A DNA stretch of 64,000 nucleotides from Eledone cirrhosa (taxonomy: Eukaryota), in the NCBI GenBank assembly GCA_964016885.1, contig OZ024756.1:32426001-32490000 (forward strand), given 5' to 3'. Shown in pieces: positions 14,630-27,354 of this stretch (its first letter is position 1; the number at the start of each line of letters is the position of its first letter). The notes under the pieces were generated by a model, which was given only the letters and a program-made list of their open reading frames with translations, did not search any database and was not told the origin of the DNA. The translations under genes were made by a program, and so were the position numbers.

Positions 14630-14845
14630 CAAAGGAATTGTGGTAAGGAACCAGATGGACCATAACGCACCTGAGTACTCAATACTTAGGGTAGTAGAAT
14701 GGGAAATAGGAAAAGGTATGACCCCGACGGCAGTGCTCAAGCCGTTTCGACGGCTATTTCTGGACTGAAAATAGCCGTCGAAACAGTCCAGAAATAGCCG
14801 TCGAAACGGCTTGAGCTCTGCTGTCGGGGTTATACCTTTCCCTAT
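14627..14845 (-). mobile_element. Family A element with inverted arm
   Basis: Tail at left, ~60-bp arms, 16-nt spacer copied from the element itself (AAAATAGCCGTCGAAA). Confidence 0.85.
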
Positions 14846-15886
14846 ATATATATACAAACATTTATATATATATATATAAATGTTTGTGTGTGCAACTAAT
14901 ACTAATGTACATGCATTGATGTGTGACCGTGTATATAGTTGTTGTATATAGTTGTGTGTATGTGAATGTTTGATGTGTACGTGTGTATATTTATGTATAA
15001 TATATACATAGTCCAATGTTTTTTTTGTTTTTTTTTCGGTAGTTCGCATGTGTGTATGTGCTTGCGTGTTTGTATGTGTACGACTTTGTGTGCATGTGCT
15101 TGCATGTATGTATGCGTATGCCTGTGTTCGTACTTGCATTTTTGTATGTGCATGACTTTGTGCTTGTATGTGTGTATGTGTTTGTATGTGTATGACTTTG
15201 CGCGTGTGCTATGACTTCTGTGTGTGTGCTTGTATGTTTGTATGTGTATGACTTTCTGTGTGTGTGTGTGCTTGCATGTTTGTATGTTTGCTTGTATGTT
15301 TGTGTATGTATGACTTTGCGCGTGTGCTTGCGTGTTTGTATGTGAACTTGTATGTATGTATATATATGACTTTCTGTGTGTGTGTGCTTGCGTGTTTGTA
15401 TGTGAACTTGTATGTATGTATATATATGACTTTCTGTGTGTGTGTGTGCTTGCGTGTTTGTATGTGTGCTTGTATGTATATATATATGACTTTCTGTGTG
15501 TGTGTGCTTGTATGTTTGTATATATATATATGACTTTCTGTGTGTGCGTGCTTGTTGCGTGCTTGTATGTTTGTATATGCATGACTTTGTGTGTGTACTT
15601 GCTGTTTGTATGTGTGCGTGCGTGTATATGTATATAGCTTTGTACGTGTACTTGCGTGTTGGGTAGTTTCTCGCTTAATGTTCCTTTGTAATATACGGTT
15701 ACTCAGTTATTCGTCGATCAATCTGATTACTTCGATCTCTCGCTCTTGTTCTTTCTCTTTATCTTACCCCCTCCCCTGTCTGTTTCTTTATCTCTACCTT
15801 TCTGTCATTTCTCTTCATCTCCCTCTCTCTCTTTCTCTCTCTCACTGTTCTTTCTCTTCATATCCCTCTCTCTGTCCTTTATCTTC

Positions 15887-15940
<54 letters not shown>

Positions 15941-16465
15941 CCCGTCCTTCTCTTCACCTCTCTCTCTACCCCGTCCTTCTCTTCACCTCTCTCTCTACCC
16001 TGTCCTTCTCTTCACCTCTCTCTCTACCCCGTCCTTCTCTTCACCTCACTCTCTACCCTGTCCTTCTCTTCACCTCTCTCTCTACCCTGTCCTTCTCTTC
16101 TCTCCCTCTCTCTACCCAGTCCTTTCTCTTTATCCCTCTATATATCTCTATATGTTATATGTTCATCTCCCTCTCTCTCTCCGTCCCTTCATCTACCCTT
16201 ATCTCTCAGTCCCTTCATCCCCCCCCCTCTATCTCCATCTCTTTATCTCTCTCTCTCTCACTCACTCTCTCCGACACTCCCCACCACCTCTGTTTCACTT
16301 TATATACGTGTGCGGGTATGTGTTGCTTTGACTCTCTTCCTGTGTCTGTCTGTTTCTCATAATGCCTTTGCATATGAGAGCGCATTTGTTGTTGTTTTTC
16401 TGTCTGTTTGTGTGTTTAGGTGTGTGTTTATGCGAGTTATTTTATTCGGGGACAGTGTATGTATG

Positions 16466-16537
<72 letters not shown>

Positions 16538-16634
16538 TATTTATATATATAAAATATATATTTATATATATAAAATATATATTTATATATATAAAATATA
16601 TATTTATATATATAAAATATATATTTATATATAT

Positions 16635-16692
<58 letters not shown>

Positions 16693-16715
16693 AAATATAT
16701 ATATATATATATACA

Positions 16716-16782
<67 letters not shown>

Positions 16783-16901
16783 TATATATGTGTCTGCGTG
16801 AAGCACGTTGGGGATTTTGCGTGCTTGGTTATTCGCGCGTATACAAACATACAAACACACAGATGTATACATACATATATATCTATATATATATATATAA
16901 A

Positions 16902-17025
16902 CACTCATTTTATTAAGGCTAAACATTGAGCCTTGTTACTGAAGCAGGTGAAACGCCAGAGTTACAAACCTTAATAAAATAAATATTTAAACTCTACTTC
17001 GGTATTGAGTACTTTCTGTATTGAT
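16902..17025 (+). mobile_element. Family C PLE-like fragment (3' half of hammerhead)
   Basis: Inverted TTTTATTAAGG/CCTTAATAAAA, CAGGT-GAAA-CGCCAGAG-TT-ACAA, tail CTCTACTTCGGTATTGAGTAC. Confidence 0.7.
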
Positions 17026-17031
17026 ATATAT

Positions 17032-17089
<58 letters not shown>

Positions 17090-17101
17090 GGGCTTGAAAT
17101 G

Positions 17102-17136
<35 letters not shown>

Positions 17137-17317
17137 GTGTTGTTATACTTTGGGAGGGTCATGTTGGTTGGCTGGTTGATTGGTTCCACAACCGGACGGT
17201 TGTTCATATATTGTCAAAGTTCTTTCGTCACACATTATGTGACCTCTTCAGTGACTAGGGATTCTTTTCTTTGTTTTGAGCCTCTCCTTTGTTCTGTCCT
17301 ACGCTATCTTGTTTGTG

Positions 17318-17497
17318 GGATTGGCAGTATCGGTAGAGGGTCGGACGCCATGCTTTCCAGCATAGTTACGTCCCTTTATGATCCGAGTTCAAATCCCGCC
17401 GAGGTTAACTTTGCCTTTCATCCTTACGGGGTCGATAAAATAAAGTACCAGTAATGCACTGGAATAATTGCTGGCCTTGTGCCTAAAGTAGAAACAG

Positions 17498-17500
<3 letters not shown>
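17318..17500 (+). mobile_element. Near full-length tRNA-derived SINE
   Basis: A-box, B-box, centre and tail as at 9357. Confidence 0.92.
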
Positions 17501-17546
<46 letters not shown>

Positions 17547-18011
17547 GGGGGGGGGGAGGCTTGCTTATGTTTAGCGTGTGTTGGCGGCATTTTCAATGTG
17601 AGAGGCTGTTGATGTGGTACATACCTTCCATGTATGTATATGACGAGTTCTGTTTATATATATATGTCATTCCGGGTTCAATCCGGGGTAACCACAGTAG
17701 AGTATAAAAGTGTATATATATATATATATAATAAGGGCGCTGCGGAGTTGCAAATGGGTTACATATGAATAATGTTTGTCCTTCATCAGTGATCTTCCAA
17801 CCATCATAGGCATTTCATCGCTTTAAAGACCATATACCTCCGGTTGGTGCGAGCAACGGCTAAAAAAAGTCGTTGGGACACGTAAATAAAGGGGACGCGA
17901 GGGTAAACAAACAAAATGGTGAAGCAACAGTAAGTGAGGAAGAAAGAGACAAGTCCCAGATTTCTATGAATTTAAATTCGGTGAAATCGTGAACGAGAGA
18001 ATAATATGGGA

Positions 18012-18310
18012 AGGCGCTGGCTGATGGTTAGTGTGTTCGGCTCACAATCCTATTGACGTGAATTCGAATTCGATTCCTGCCTGCGTGTTCTGTCCTTGAG
18101 CAAGACATATATTACTTCCTGCTGCTCCATTCCACAGACTCTCCTGCTGAAACGATCGCATGATTGTGAGTTCGAGTTTCGGTAGCGTGTGGTGTCCTTG
18201 ATGAAGAACATCTACTTCTGTTCACTCAGCTGGGAGATGAAAATAACTTGTACCCGTAATTCAAATATCTCAGCTACATGCATATTAATTTCTCGAGCAG
18301 ATGGAGGTCT
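18012..18310 (+). mobile_element. Two diverged copies of an older CORE-type SINE
   Basis: tRNA-like head (TGGCTGATGGTTAG...TTCGATTCC) then TGTCCTTGAGCAAGACA, resembling the CORE domain. Relatives at ~21300-21420(-), 24590-24690(-), 42440-42530(-), 52890-53130 and 63290-63560. Confidence 0.6.
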
Positions 18311-18321
18311 TAAGCGCGGGA

Positions 18322-18356
<35 letters not shown>

Positions 18357-19054
18357 CATTATGTGTATAAAGATATATATATATATAGTGAGAGGGAGGC
18401 TGCGCTGCTGAGACCGGGGACACCACAAATCATGGAAGTACTCAATGCATGATGACATGAAGATGAGGTATAGCTGCGCTAGCTACGCTAGCTGCGGTCG
18501 GGATTTTGCGTATCTCTCTCTATATATATTTATATATACACACTCACATATATATATATTGCTTATAGGATGAAATAGGTAATATGTATGTATGTGTGTA
18601 TAAATCTCACTCTATGTACGTATGTACAGTCGTGTATATGTTTATAATATATATAGATATATCACTATAGGTGTATATAAGTGTGTGTCTTTGTATATGT
18701 ATCAAGAGGACTGCCGTAAGGAATGCTTACCATTTCCAACACTTCACTCTTTTTAAATTAATAAATTAATTTTCTAAAATATTGATTATATTCCTTTCAT
18801 CACACACAGACACACACACACACACCCTCGCACTCTCTCTCACACACGTACTCTCCCTCATACACTCACACACTCACACACTCACACACACACACTCTCT
18901 CTCTCACACACACGCGTATGTGTGTATGTGTAGTCTAACTACTACAACTGCTGCTACAACTTTTGGTCCTAACAGACATTACTTTAACTTTTACTCCCGT
19001 ATTAAATCCTGTAGTCACCTTTTTTCTGTCCATCATATGTCTTTCTCTATCTAT

Positions 19055-19116
<62 letters not shown>

Positions 19117-19119
<3 letters not shown>

Positions 19120-19790
19120 GAGACAAGCTCTACAGACACGGGCGCCCGGGTAGGGACCCTTCAAAAAAGATCTGACCAAGATGCGTGCGCGACGAGGAAA
19201 CCGTCGCGCATGCATTTGTACACTGCCCGGGCTTTACCGACCTGTGGGGCTATGTAGAACGACTATTGTCGCGGGTGGGACCAATCCAGTTGATCACCGA
19301 GTTCATTGTCATGATCAAACCGCCACCCTCCTTCAAAAACGAGGGAGATGCGGTTTTCCTAAGTGTTATGGCTATGGTGAAAGAGGTTATATGGTGGACG
19401 AGGTTAAAAGTCTGAGGTCAGACACCTTTCTCTCCGGCGAGCAACTGATTCGTTTTTTCAAATATCATTTTGGAAGTAGAATCAGGATGGAGAGAAAGGT
19501 GCTGTACCTCAGCAAATTTCATGAAAGGTGGGTGAATGTGGCAAAGATGGCCCGAGTGGTTGGGCCTTCTCTCTATATAAGCCTCTAGGTTGAGGAAAAA
19601 GAGGAAGAGAGGAAGGGGTACTCACTCTTGGTGCTCCTGGAGATGAGGGTTGTACATTTTCTTTCGGGGTGTGTACAACCCCTGTGTTGTTATTTGTTAT
19701 TTGTTATTTTATTAATATTTTTATTTTCATATACCTGTATGTAAACTCCCCATTTGTATTTGTCCCCTTCTTTTGTGCCCTGGTGGCAAG
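19117..19790 (+). mobile_element. 5'-truncated Tx1/L1-clade LINE: ORF2 C-terminal zinc-finger region plus 3' UTR
   Basis: EETVAHAFVHCPGFTDLW...KEVIWWTR matches the ETxxHxxxxC...W / IWxxR zf-RVT pattern. Frameshifted. (CTAT)n on both sides. Confidence 0.85.
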
Positions 19791-20307
19791 TTATCTATCT
19801 AGCCATCTAGCCATCTATCTATCTAGTTATTTATCTCTCTCTCTCTATCTATCTATCTATCTAGTCTCTTTCCTCTCTTCTATATTACTCGGTATTTTAC
19901 TTTGGTTTTCGTCTTTCTTTCTCTCAATTACTCTGAAGCTCTATCTCTCAATATACACATACATAGATCCGCACATACTTCTTTCTCTTGCTACCATTCT
20001 ATCTACTCTCTCACACACACACACACACATATACACATACACACACATACATACACACACACACATACACACACACGCGCGCGATCTAACTTCAACTCAC
20101 TTAAGCTATTTTCGCTCACACACATATATACTCACACACATACACCACACATCTCTACAACCGGTGCGCACCATCTCAATGCTATTTCTATTCCTCTCTG
20201 ACACACCCACACACATACACACACACAGACACACACACACAGACACACACACAAGCCCGCATCGTTTCTACCTCTCCTCTTCTTTCTCTTAATGTTTCAT
20301 TAATTAC

Positions 20308-20431
20308 GGTCTGAGTTCAAATCCCGCCAAGGTTAACTTTGCTTTTCATCCTTACGGGGTCGATAAAATAAAGGACCAGTCATACAGTGGGGGTAATTGC
20401 TGGCCTTGTGCCAACAGTAGAAACAATTATT
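20308..20431 (+). mobile_element. SINE, 5'-truncated
   Basis: B-box, centre and tail present. Confidence 0.9.
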
Positions 20432-20923
20432 ATATCCTTTCTTTTCCTTTTTATTACAACTATCGATCTAACTAACCAGTTATCTAACACTCCCGCTAAA
20501 CAAAAATCCAAATTTCCCAACAACCAACCTCCACCCCCCCCCTCATACAACTACACCCCCCATCCATTTCCCCCACCCACAGACTAATCAAATAACCAGT
20601 CAAATGCCCATCACGCACACAAGCTAGCCGGCCAGCCAGCCGCCCTCACTTTCTCTGTTGGTAATCCGATCTACTGTCGTCGCGTCCCCAATCATTATCT
20701 CTCCACCCCTGTTTCATATTCCCCTCTCAATCAATGCCACCCCACTCCGGTTTCATATTTCCCCACTCAAACCCTTTCTTAAGTCAGTGTACACTTTTGT
20801 CTGTGGGATTTCCGTCGGTTCCGACGAAGAGTGTTCCAGTCGTTGGAATAACGGAACCTACAGCAGCTCGTGAAATTGACGTGCAAGTGGGTGAGCATTC
20901 CATAGACACATGTACCCTTTACA

Positions 20924-21122
20924 AACAAGGGTCTGCTGGAGAGTTTATAGGCTGATCAAGATACTCTCATGGAATGACGAAATGAGGTATATTTTTCAAC
21001 ATAGTCTCTGGAAGGAAACAATGCAGTTATTAATAAGAGTTGAAATTAATGCATGCAAGATTTCACAGCTCTAGCATCAATCTTTCATAATGAGCCTATA
21101 ACGGTTTCAGCCGACCCTCGTA
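20924..21122 (+). mobile_element. ~195-bp mariner-type MITE
   Basis: TIRs approximating TACGAGGGTCGGCTGAAAAGTTCATAGGCT, ends in TA. Paralogues at 21428, 22130 (partial) and 58153. Confidence 0.8.
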
Positions 21123-21427
21123 GTTTCTAAGAAGATTCAGTGTTACCTAGTGTATGACTAGGTTAACCCTGTCAATTACTGGTACAGTTGTATCGGTTAT
21201 AGTGTAAGTTGCTGAGATTCAGCCAGGTACACTGTATAACAATGCAGTGCCCTACCCCATCATGTGAAGTACAGGTATGTCAAGAGTTCACTTGTCTCAG
21301 TTAACTGGAACAACGTGAAATAAAGTGTCTTGTTCAAGGATAAAAGCGATGTCCGTTTCTGGAATCAAACCCATGTCCTTACCATCGGAAGTCCAGCACC
21401 ATAACCACTATTCCACAAACCTTCCCT

Positions 21428-21618
21428 GACGAGGATCGGGTAAAAGGTTCATAGGCTGATGATTATGAAAGAGTGATGCTAGAGCTGTGCATTAATTTCA
21501 AATCTTATCAATAACTACATAGTTTCTCTTCGGGAAATGTGTTGAAAAAATAAAACTCATTTTGTCATTCCATGAGAGTATCTTAGTCAGCCTATGAAAT
21601 CATCAGCCGACCCTTGTA
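21428..21618 (-). mobile_element. Mariner-type MITE, opposite orientation
   Basis: Reverse-complement match to 20924-21122. Confidence 0.8.
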
Positions 21619-21619
21619 T

Positions 21620-21867
21620 TACCACCGAAGAGGTCCAACGAGCCATTGATTACAGAGTCGGACTAGATCGATACATATCGAACCTTGAACTGATCAATAG
21701 CGAAAGGCGCTTCACCAACCAATAAACGTAGTGAAGGAGTAACCACTCGTCCGTGTTTTATTTTATTTTACTACACTCTGTTTAGTTCTACACCTCGATA
21801 CCGACGTTAACTTAAACATCGAGTGCTCACTCGGGTGAACCTACAGTAACTCCGCGTTACATTCCCT

Positions 21868-21870
<3 letters not shown>
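21620..21870 (+). mobile_element. Family E PLE-like element with decayed hammerhead
   Basis: GGT-CCAACGA-GCCATTGAT...ATCAATAGC-GAAA-GGCGCT-TC-ACC, then AATAAA and a tail shared with 46513-46803. Confidence 0.65.
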
Positions 21871-21904
<34 letters not shown>

Positions 21905-21907
<3 letters not shown>

Positions 21908-21961
21908 GATTCGGGACCCCGACGACTGAGACCCTGCTGTTTCAACAGCTAGAACCGAATT
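21905..21961 (-). mobile_element. Diverged family A arm
   Basis: Minus strand TAGCTGTT-GAAA-CAGCAGGGTCTCAGTCG-TC-GGGGTC. Confidence 0.65.
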
Positions 21962-21994
21962 TATATATATATAATGTTAAGGCTACATAGTGTA

Positions 21995-22041
21995 TTGTTA
22001 CTTCTGGAGTTTCGCCTGCTTATACCAGGGTCATTCGACAA
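21995..22041 (-). ncRNA. Decayed hammerhead of family C
   Basis: TTGT-CGAATGA-CCCTG-GTATAAG-CAGGC-GAAA-CTCCAGAAG-TA^ACAA: stems I and II pair, core box mutated. Confidence 0.6.
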
Positions 22042-22620
22042 GGCCCCTTGTGCTAACGAGGCAAAACTCTCGCCTGACAGCACCCACTATTTGGCATTAA
22101 AAATAAAAAGGAATATTAAACCCCCATTTGATCATTCCATGAGAGTATCTTGGTCAACTTATGAACATTTCAGCCGACCCTATGTATATCATTATAAACA
22201 TTTCTCGTATCACTTTACGTTGCCAAACCTACCACTAAATTCTTCATTTTATTTATACTTATCATATCTTCTTCATATTCTCTGCTATATTTTTCTCTCC
22301 TTTTGTCTCTTATTTTTCTTTCTTTCTCCTCATTTTTTCTTTTTCAATTTCTTTCTATATATCGCTGCATACTTTTTACATCTTATCTCATACTTTCATA
22401 ATATTTCGCACGCTTTATATATTTTTCACGAATCTATATGTATATACGCATGAATGTATGTGTGTTTACGGTTTGTGTATTCTTCACGTAACTATATATA
22501 TGATATATATGTGTGAGTGTGTATGTATGCGTGTGTGTGTGTATATATATATATACCCACACATTTTAATAGCTACTTTTCTCTCAGCCGTTAACATACA
22601 AATATTTATTTATATATATA

Positions 22621-23169
22621 TAAGTATGTATACGTACATACATATATGTATACAGACGTACAGTAGTATGTATATACATACATGCACACATATATATATA
22701 TATATATGTACGTATGGGTTTACCGAACATTTATTATAATCTTCGGTTTGTTTGTAAACAAACAGCCCGAATTAAGCCGTAAAGTGTTCGGCAACGATCG
22801 TTGCCCTTTTGTTCAACACTGACAAAGGAACGATGAACTAGTTTCTAGCTTGTTAGCTGTCATCAGCACCGTATACCGTCCTGTCAATCGATCGAACATT
22901 TGAAAGTATATACTTTCCTTATGCATATTAACGGCTGAGCAGCCTAATTTGCATATCGAGTGAGTTAGTCGGCCGGGCGTACCGAAAACGATAAATGGAA
23001 AACATGAAATTTCATTTCTCACTCTTAGTACAGCTGATACTTGAATATAAGTATGTATACGTACATACACATATGTATACAGACGTACAGTAGTATGTAT
23101 ATACATACATACATGCACATACACACATATATATATATATATGTATGGGTTTACCGATCATTTATTATA

Positions 23170-23171
<2 letters not shown>
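22621..23171 (-). mobile_element. Family D retrozyme-like element, 427-bp unit in ~1.3 tandem copies
   Basis: Direct repeats at 22621-22740 and 23048-23171, internal hammerhead, no credible ORF, paralogue at 33381-33828. Confidence 0.85.
22831..22871 (-). ncRNA. Complete minimal type-I hammerhead ribozyme
   Basis: CGGTG-CTGATGA-C-AGCT-AACA-AGCT-A-GAAA-CTAG-TT^CATCG. All core nucleotides present, palindromic ACTAGT stem III. Confidence 0.88.
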
Positions 23172-23216
<45 letters not shown>

Positions 23217-23220
23217 TTAT

Positions 23221-24150
23221 GTCAGGTCACTCTTGAGTGCTACTGGTAACATGTAAACCAGTACAACCCGTCGCATGGTCGGGTCGTCGGCAACTAAACT
23301 GGCAACCCCACCAAGTTTACTTGGTGAGGAGGGTGTTTTCGGACACCCAGCAGGACAAAAAACAAAACCTAACAAAGGGAGGAAGAACTCATAAAAGTCA
23401 ACGGCCCTCCAAAAATGTGGAAATATGTATATACACATGTACATATGTATGTGTATGTATATGCCTGGGGTGTCAGGGAGGGGCATGTACCTCTGTAGGG
23501 AGGGATAGCTATGCTCTTCTCAGGACAGCTCGTCCTGCATTGGGTCCCACCTGACACTCAGCTCCCACCTGTGCCCCCCCCCCCATAGCTGTAGCATGCG
23601 ACAGCGGCCACACCCCGGTAAACCGCCTTGGCTGGCGGGCCGAACCAGTTTGAGAGTAGCCGGACGGGTCTGAAACCCCCCAGTAAGTTAGATAGGGGGT
23701 GCCTGCCCCTGCATGCGAAGACTGGACCCGGCGGAGTGAGTGAAGGAGCACAACTTCGTCCCAACCGTCACAAAGGTGGCAACAGCAAGCGGTGTGGAGC
23801 GCTAGGGCACTACAGACATCGTGGCCATCCACTGCAGCCAAGGAAGTCCCTGGTCGTGACGGTCCTCCGTACCACCGGATTCTGGCTTCTGCGGCCGAGG
23901 GAGTGGGACCGTCACTGTGCACTGACCCTCCCACTATAAACCTTTCCCGCACAGGTTTCTTCTTTAGCGTGCACTCCTAAAGCCCTGCGGCGATGGGCGA
24001 GAGGTGTAGGTAACCTTTGTGGATTGCCGGTCTGACTCCGGTCTCTTCCCCTGCCTCCACTGTCCCCGGACCTGCAAGTCAAGGATCGGCCTCGACAGCC
24101 ACCTTCGTGCCCACGGCAGACGGAGACAACAATAAAGAAGATGTCATCAT
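23221..24150 (+). mobile_element. GC-rich LINE (RTE-like) 5' UTR-type fragments in two pieces
   Basis: Abrupt GC-rich, highly foldable island split by TATG repeats at ~23425-23460. Resemblance to RTE 5' UTRs is from recall. No endonuclease ORF follows. Confidence 0.55.
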
Positions 24151-25576
24151 CGTTTATGATGGACAACCAAGAAAGAAAGAAAGACACATACATACATTTC
24201 AACGATTCGGTCGGACTACGACTGATGGAATGCGTATCTTCTGGTCTGTCTGTCTCTCTCTCACGCTCTCTCTCTTCATTCTCCACCTCTCTCTTCATTA
24301 GTCTTCTTTTCCATTCCCATTTAATTGATCGATGCGGATTGTATACCTGTCGATCTATAGGTATTTCCACCTGTATTACTACACCCTTTCTTTATTCACC
24401 GTCTTCTCGCCTTACTTCGTTTCTCTCTCTATAATATATACACAGACATTTCTGTGCGGGGAGTGTTTCAGTTGTTTGAATTGCGTAGGCGTCTGAACAT
24501 TTCAAATACGTGTATTTTGAACGTAATTCACGTGATATTACGAGTGTCAAGGCTAGCTCCTTAAATTACAGGTGTGACTTCTTTTTGCCAGCTGATTGGA
24601 CTGGAACATCGGGGAAATAAAGCATCGTACTGAAGGAGTCAAACTCATGACTTTATGTTCGTAAGCTGAACCCATTAGCCCCTATAAATGTTGCAGGAAC
24701 AGCTGGTAACATGGTACATACAGTAAACTATGGTACATTCAGTAAACTATCATTTTGGGGACGAACCCTTCAGCAGAGACAAAATAAAATTTCTCAACTG
24801 AAAAGGTTCGTGAAATTCATGATTTTTCTTGAAGAAAAGAATCTTTCTCGAGACACCATCTACCATTCACATCTTACAAACTCCAGAGAATGCCCTAAGG
24901 AAATTTGATTATATATACATATATATATATAAGAGAGAGTGAGAGAGAGTTTAAATGTTACTATTAAGACTAGTAAGTACACTACACATAAGAAAGGTGG
25001 AGCGTAGATATGTGATCTAATGCTCGACATTTCAGCTTAAACTGATTCGGTATCAAAAATCGAAGCTCAAATATATAGCCTAGTACTAAGAAATATGTTC
25101 AAGGAAAATTGAGCCAGGCACAGCACGATATGTGGACAGCATAGACTTAAAAACGACATAACACGCCGTTCGTTCACTACCCTGAATGATGTGCCAATCT
25201 CTAGGACAGATGACCAAGCATACGCGTCATTGCTTTCTTTTGTCCGAATATAAACATCAAAGTTCAAGTTTTTGAATTTTGAATTTTCGACTCTTTGCTT
25301 AGATTCCTCCAACACCTACTCTAATATGGATGCTTAAGGGCGCTGCACTCTCTACACCCTTACTGAATAATATGTTTTGGGGCATTCCTTCTGACTCTCT
25401 ACTGGTAAGCTCGCTGAGTTCTAATCTTTTCGTTTTTCATTAAAAAGGAACCAGTATGATATTGGGGTCACATTCCTCTATACTTTCCTCTTAGATTCTC
25501 TCTCTCCCTCAGCTCCGAACTGGCGAAGGGATGGGCTTCAGCAAATTTAAAATGCGTAAGACACGGAAATATCCAT

Positions 25577-26010
25577 CGGTCTACCTGTCGGCCGGTCTAC
25601 CTGTCGGCTGGTCTACCTGTCGACCGGTCTACCTGTCGGCTGGTCTACCTGTCGGCTGGTCTACCTGTCGGCCGGTCTACCTGTCGGCCGGTCTACCTGT
25701 CGGCCGGTCTACCTGTCGGCCGGTCTATCTGTCGGCCGGTCTATCTGTCGGATGGACTACCTGTCGGCTGGTCTACCTGTCGACTGGTCTACCTGTCGAC
25801 TGGTCTACCTGTCGGCTGGTCTACCTGTCGGCTGGTCTACCTGTCGGCCGGTCTACCTGTCGGCCGGTCTACCTGTCGGCCGGTCTACCTGTCGGCCGGT
25901 CTATTTGTCGGCCGGTCTACCTGTCGGCCGGTCTACCTGTCTGCCGGTCTACCCGTCAGCCGGTCTACCTGTCGGCCGGTCTACCTGTCGGCCGCTCAAC
26001 CTATCAGCCT
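25577..26010. repeat. 16-bp GC-rich minisatellite, ~26 copies
   Basis: Unit CTACCTGTCGGCCGGT. Confidence 0.95.
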
Positions 26011-26037
26011 GTCTCTCTGTATCGCTCCATCTATCTA

Positions 26038-26089
26038 TCCCTTTGTATTTGTCCCCTTCTTTTGTGCCCCTGTGGCTAATAAAGAAACA

Positions 26090-26090
<1 letters not shown>
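26038..26090 (+). mobile_element. Tx1/L1 3' terminus
   Basis: TTTGTATTTGTCCCCTTCTTTTGTGCCCCTGTGGCTAATAAAG matches the end of 19117-19790 and is followed by (ATCT)n. Confidence 0.8.
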
Positions 26091-26158
<68 letters not shown>

Positions 26159-26306
26159 GTGTACCTGTCACACTATCTATCACCCTATCTGTAATATTCA
26201 ACGCAGGCATTATTTCATATAGATTTATTCTTTAATTTTCTTACTTTATTCCGTTTTCTATCTCCAAGTGTATCATTAAAAGTTTACAGTAAATTCTGGC
26301 ATTCCT

Positions 26307-26385
<79 letters not shown>

Positions 26386-26737
26386 ACCCTCTCTCTCTTT
26401 CTCCCTCTCTCTCTCTTTCTCTCTCTTTCTCTTTCTCTCCCCCTCTCTCTCAGATCTAATAAACGATCTCACTTTTCAAAATTTTATTATTCATTACTCA
26501 TTTATTTTAATACGATTTCCTTCGTTTTTGATATCCCCTAGCTCATTCATTACACATACACACACACAAAGATATATATGCATATATAGTGTGTATATAT
26601 ATATATATGTATGCATATATTGTGTGTCTATATATTGTGTGTATATATATATATATATATATATGCATATATTGTGTGTGTATATATATTATATATATAT
26701 ATATATATATATGCATATATTGTGTGTGTATATATTG

Positions 26738-26768
<31 letters not shown>

Positions 26769-26900
26769 GCCTATATTGTGTGTGTATATATATTGTATGT
26801 ATATATATATATATATGCAAATAGTGTGTGTGTGTGTATATATATTACATGTATATATATATATATATATATGCATATACTGTGTGTATGAGTATATATA

Positions 26901-26940
<40 letters not shown>

Positions 26941-26943
<3 letters not shown>

Positions 26944-27081
26944 CGAAGGAAATGTGGTAAGGAACCAGATGGACCATAACGCACCAAAGTACTCAATACT
27001 TAGGGTAGAAGAGTGGGTAATAGGAACAAGTAGGAGCCCGACGGCTGAGCTCAAGCCGTTTCGACGGCTAATTCTGGACTA
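26941..27081 (-). mobile_element. Family A element without inverted arm
   Basis: Minus strand TAGTCCAGAATTAGCCGTC-GAAA-CGGC-TTGAGCTCA-GCCG-TC plus tail, within (TA)n. Confidence 0.85.
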
Positions 27082-27189
27082 CCTATATATATATATATAT
27101 ATATATAATATAAGTCCCACAAACTGTAGAGTGCTTCTTATCCGATATCTGCATTGCTTTATTGTACTACAATAAAACTCACCTCCTAC

Positions 27190-27246
<57 letters not shown>

Positions 27247-27354
27247 CATCTACTACATTTAATGATGTTTTTGTTGTTGCAGTTGTTATTTTTTTATTAT
27301 TATTTTTGGTGGTACTCTTGCTGTTTTTTTTCCTACTCCACTTTGCAGAAAATC

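Noticed and set aside
21458-21475. CTGATGA-TTAT-GAAA as a hammerhead
   Set aside because: No stem II or stem I. A chance motif inside the MITE.
24711-25560. Unique sequence with short ORFs (also 42083-42361)
   Set aside because: No recognisable domain or convincing splice-site pair.
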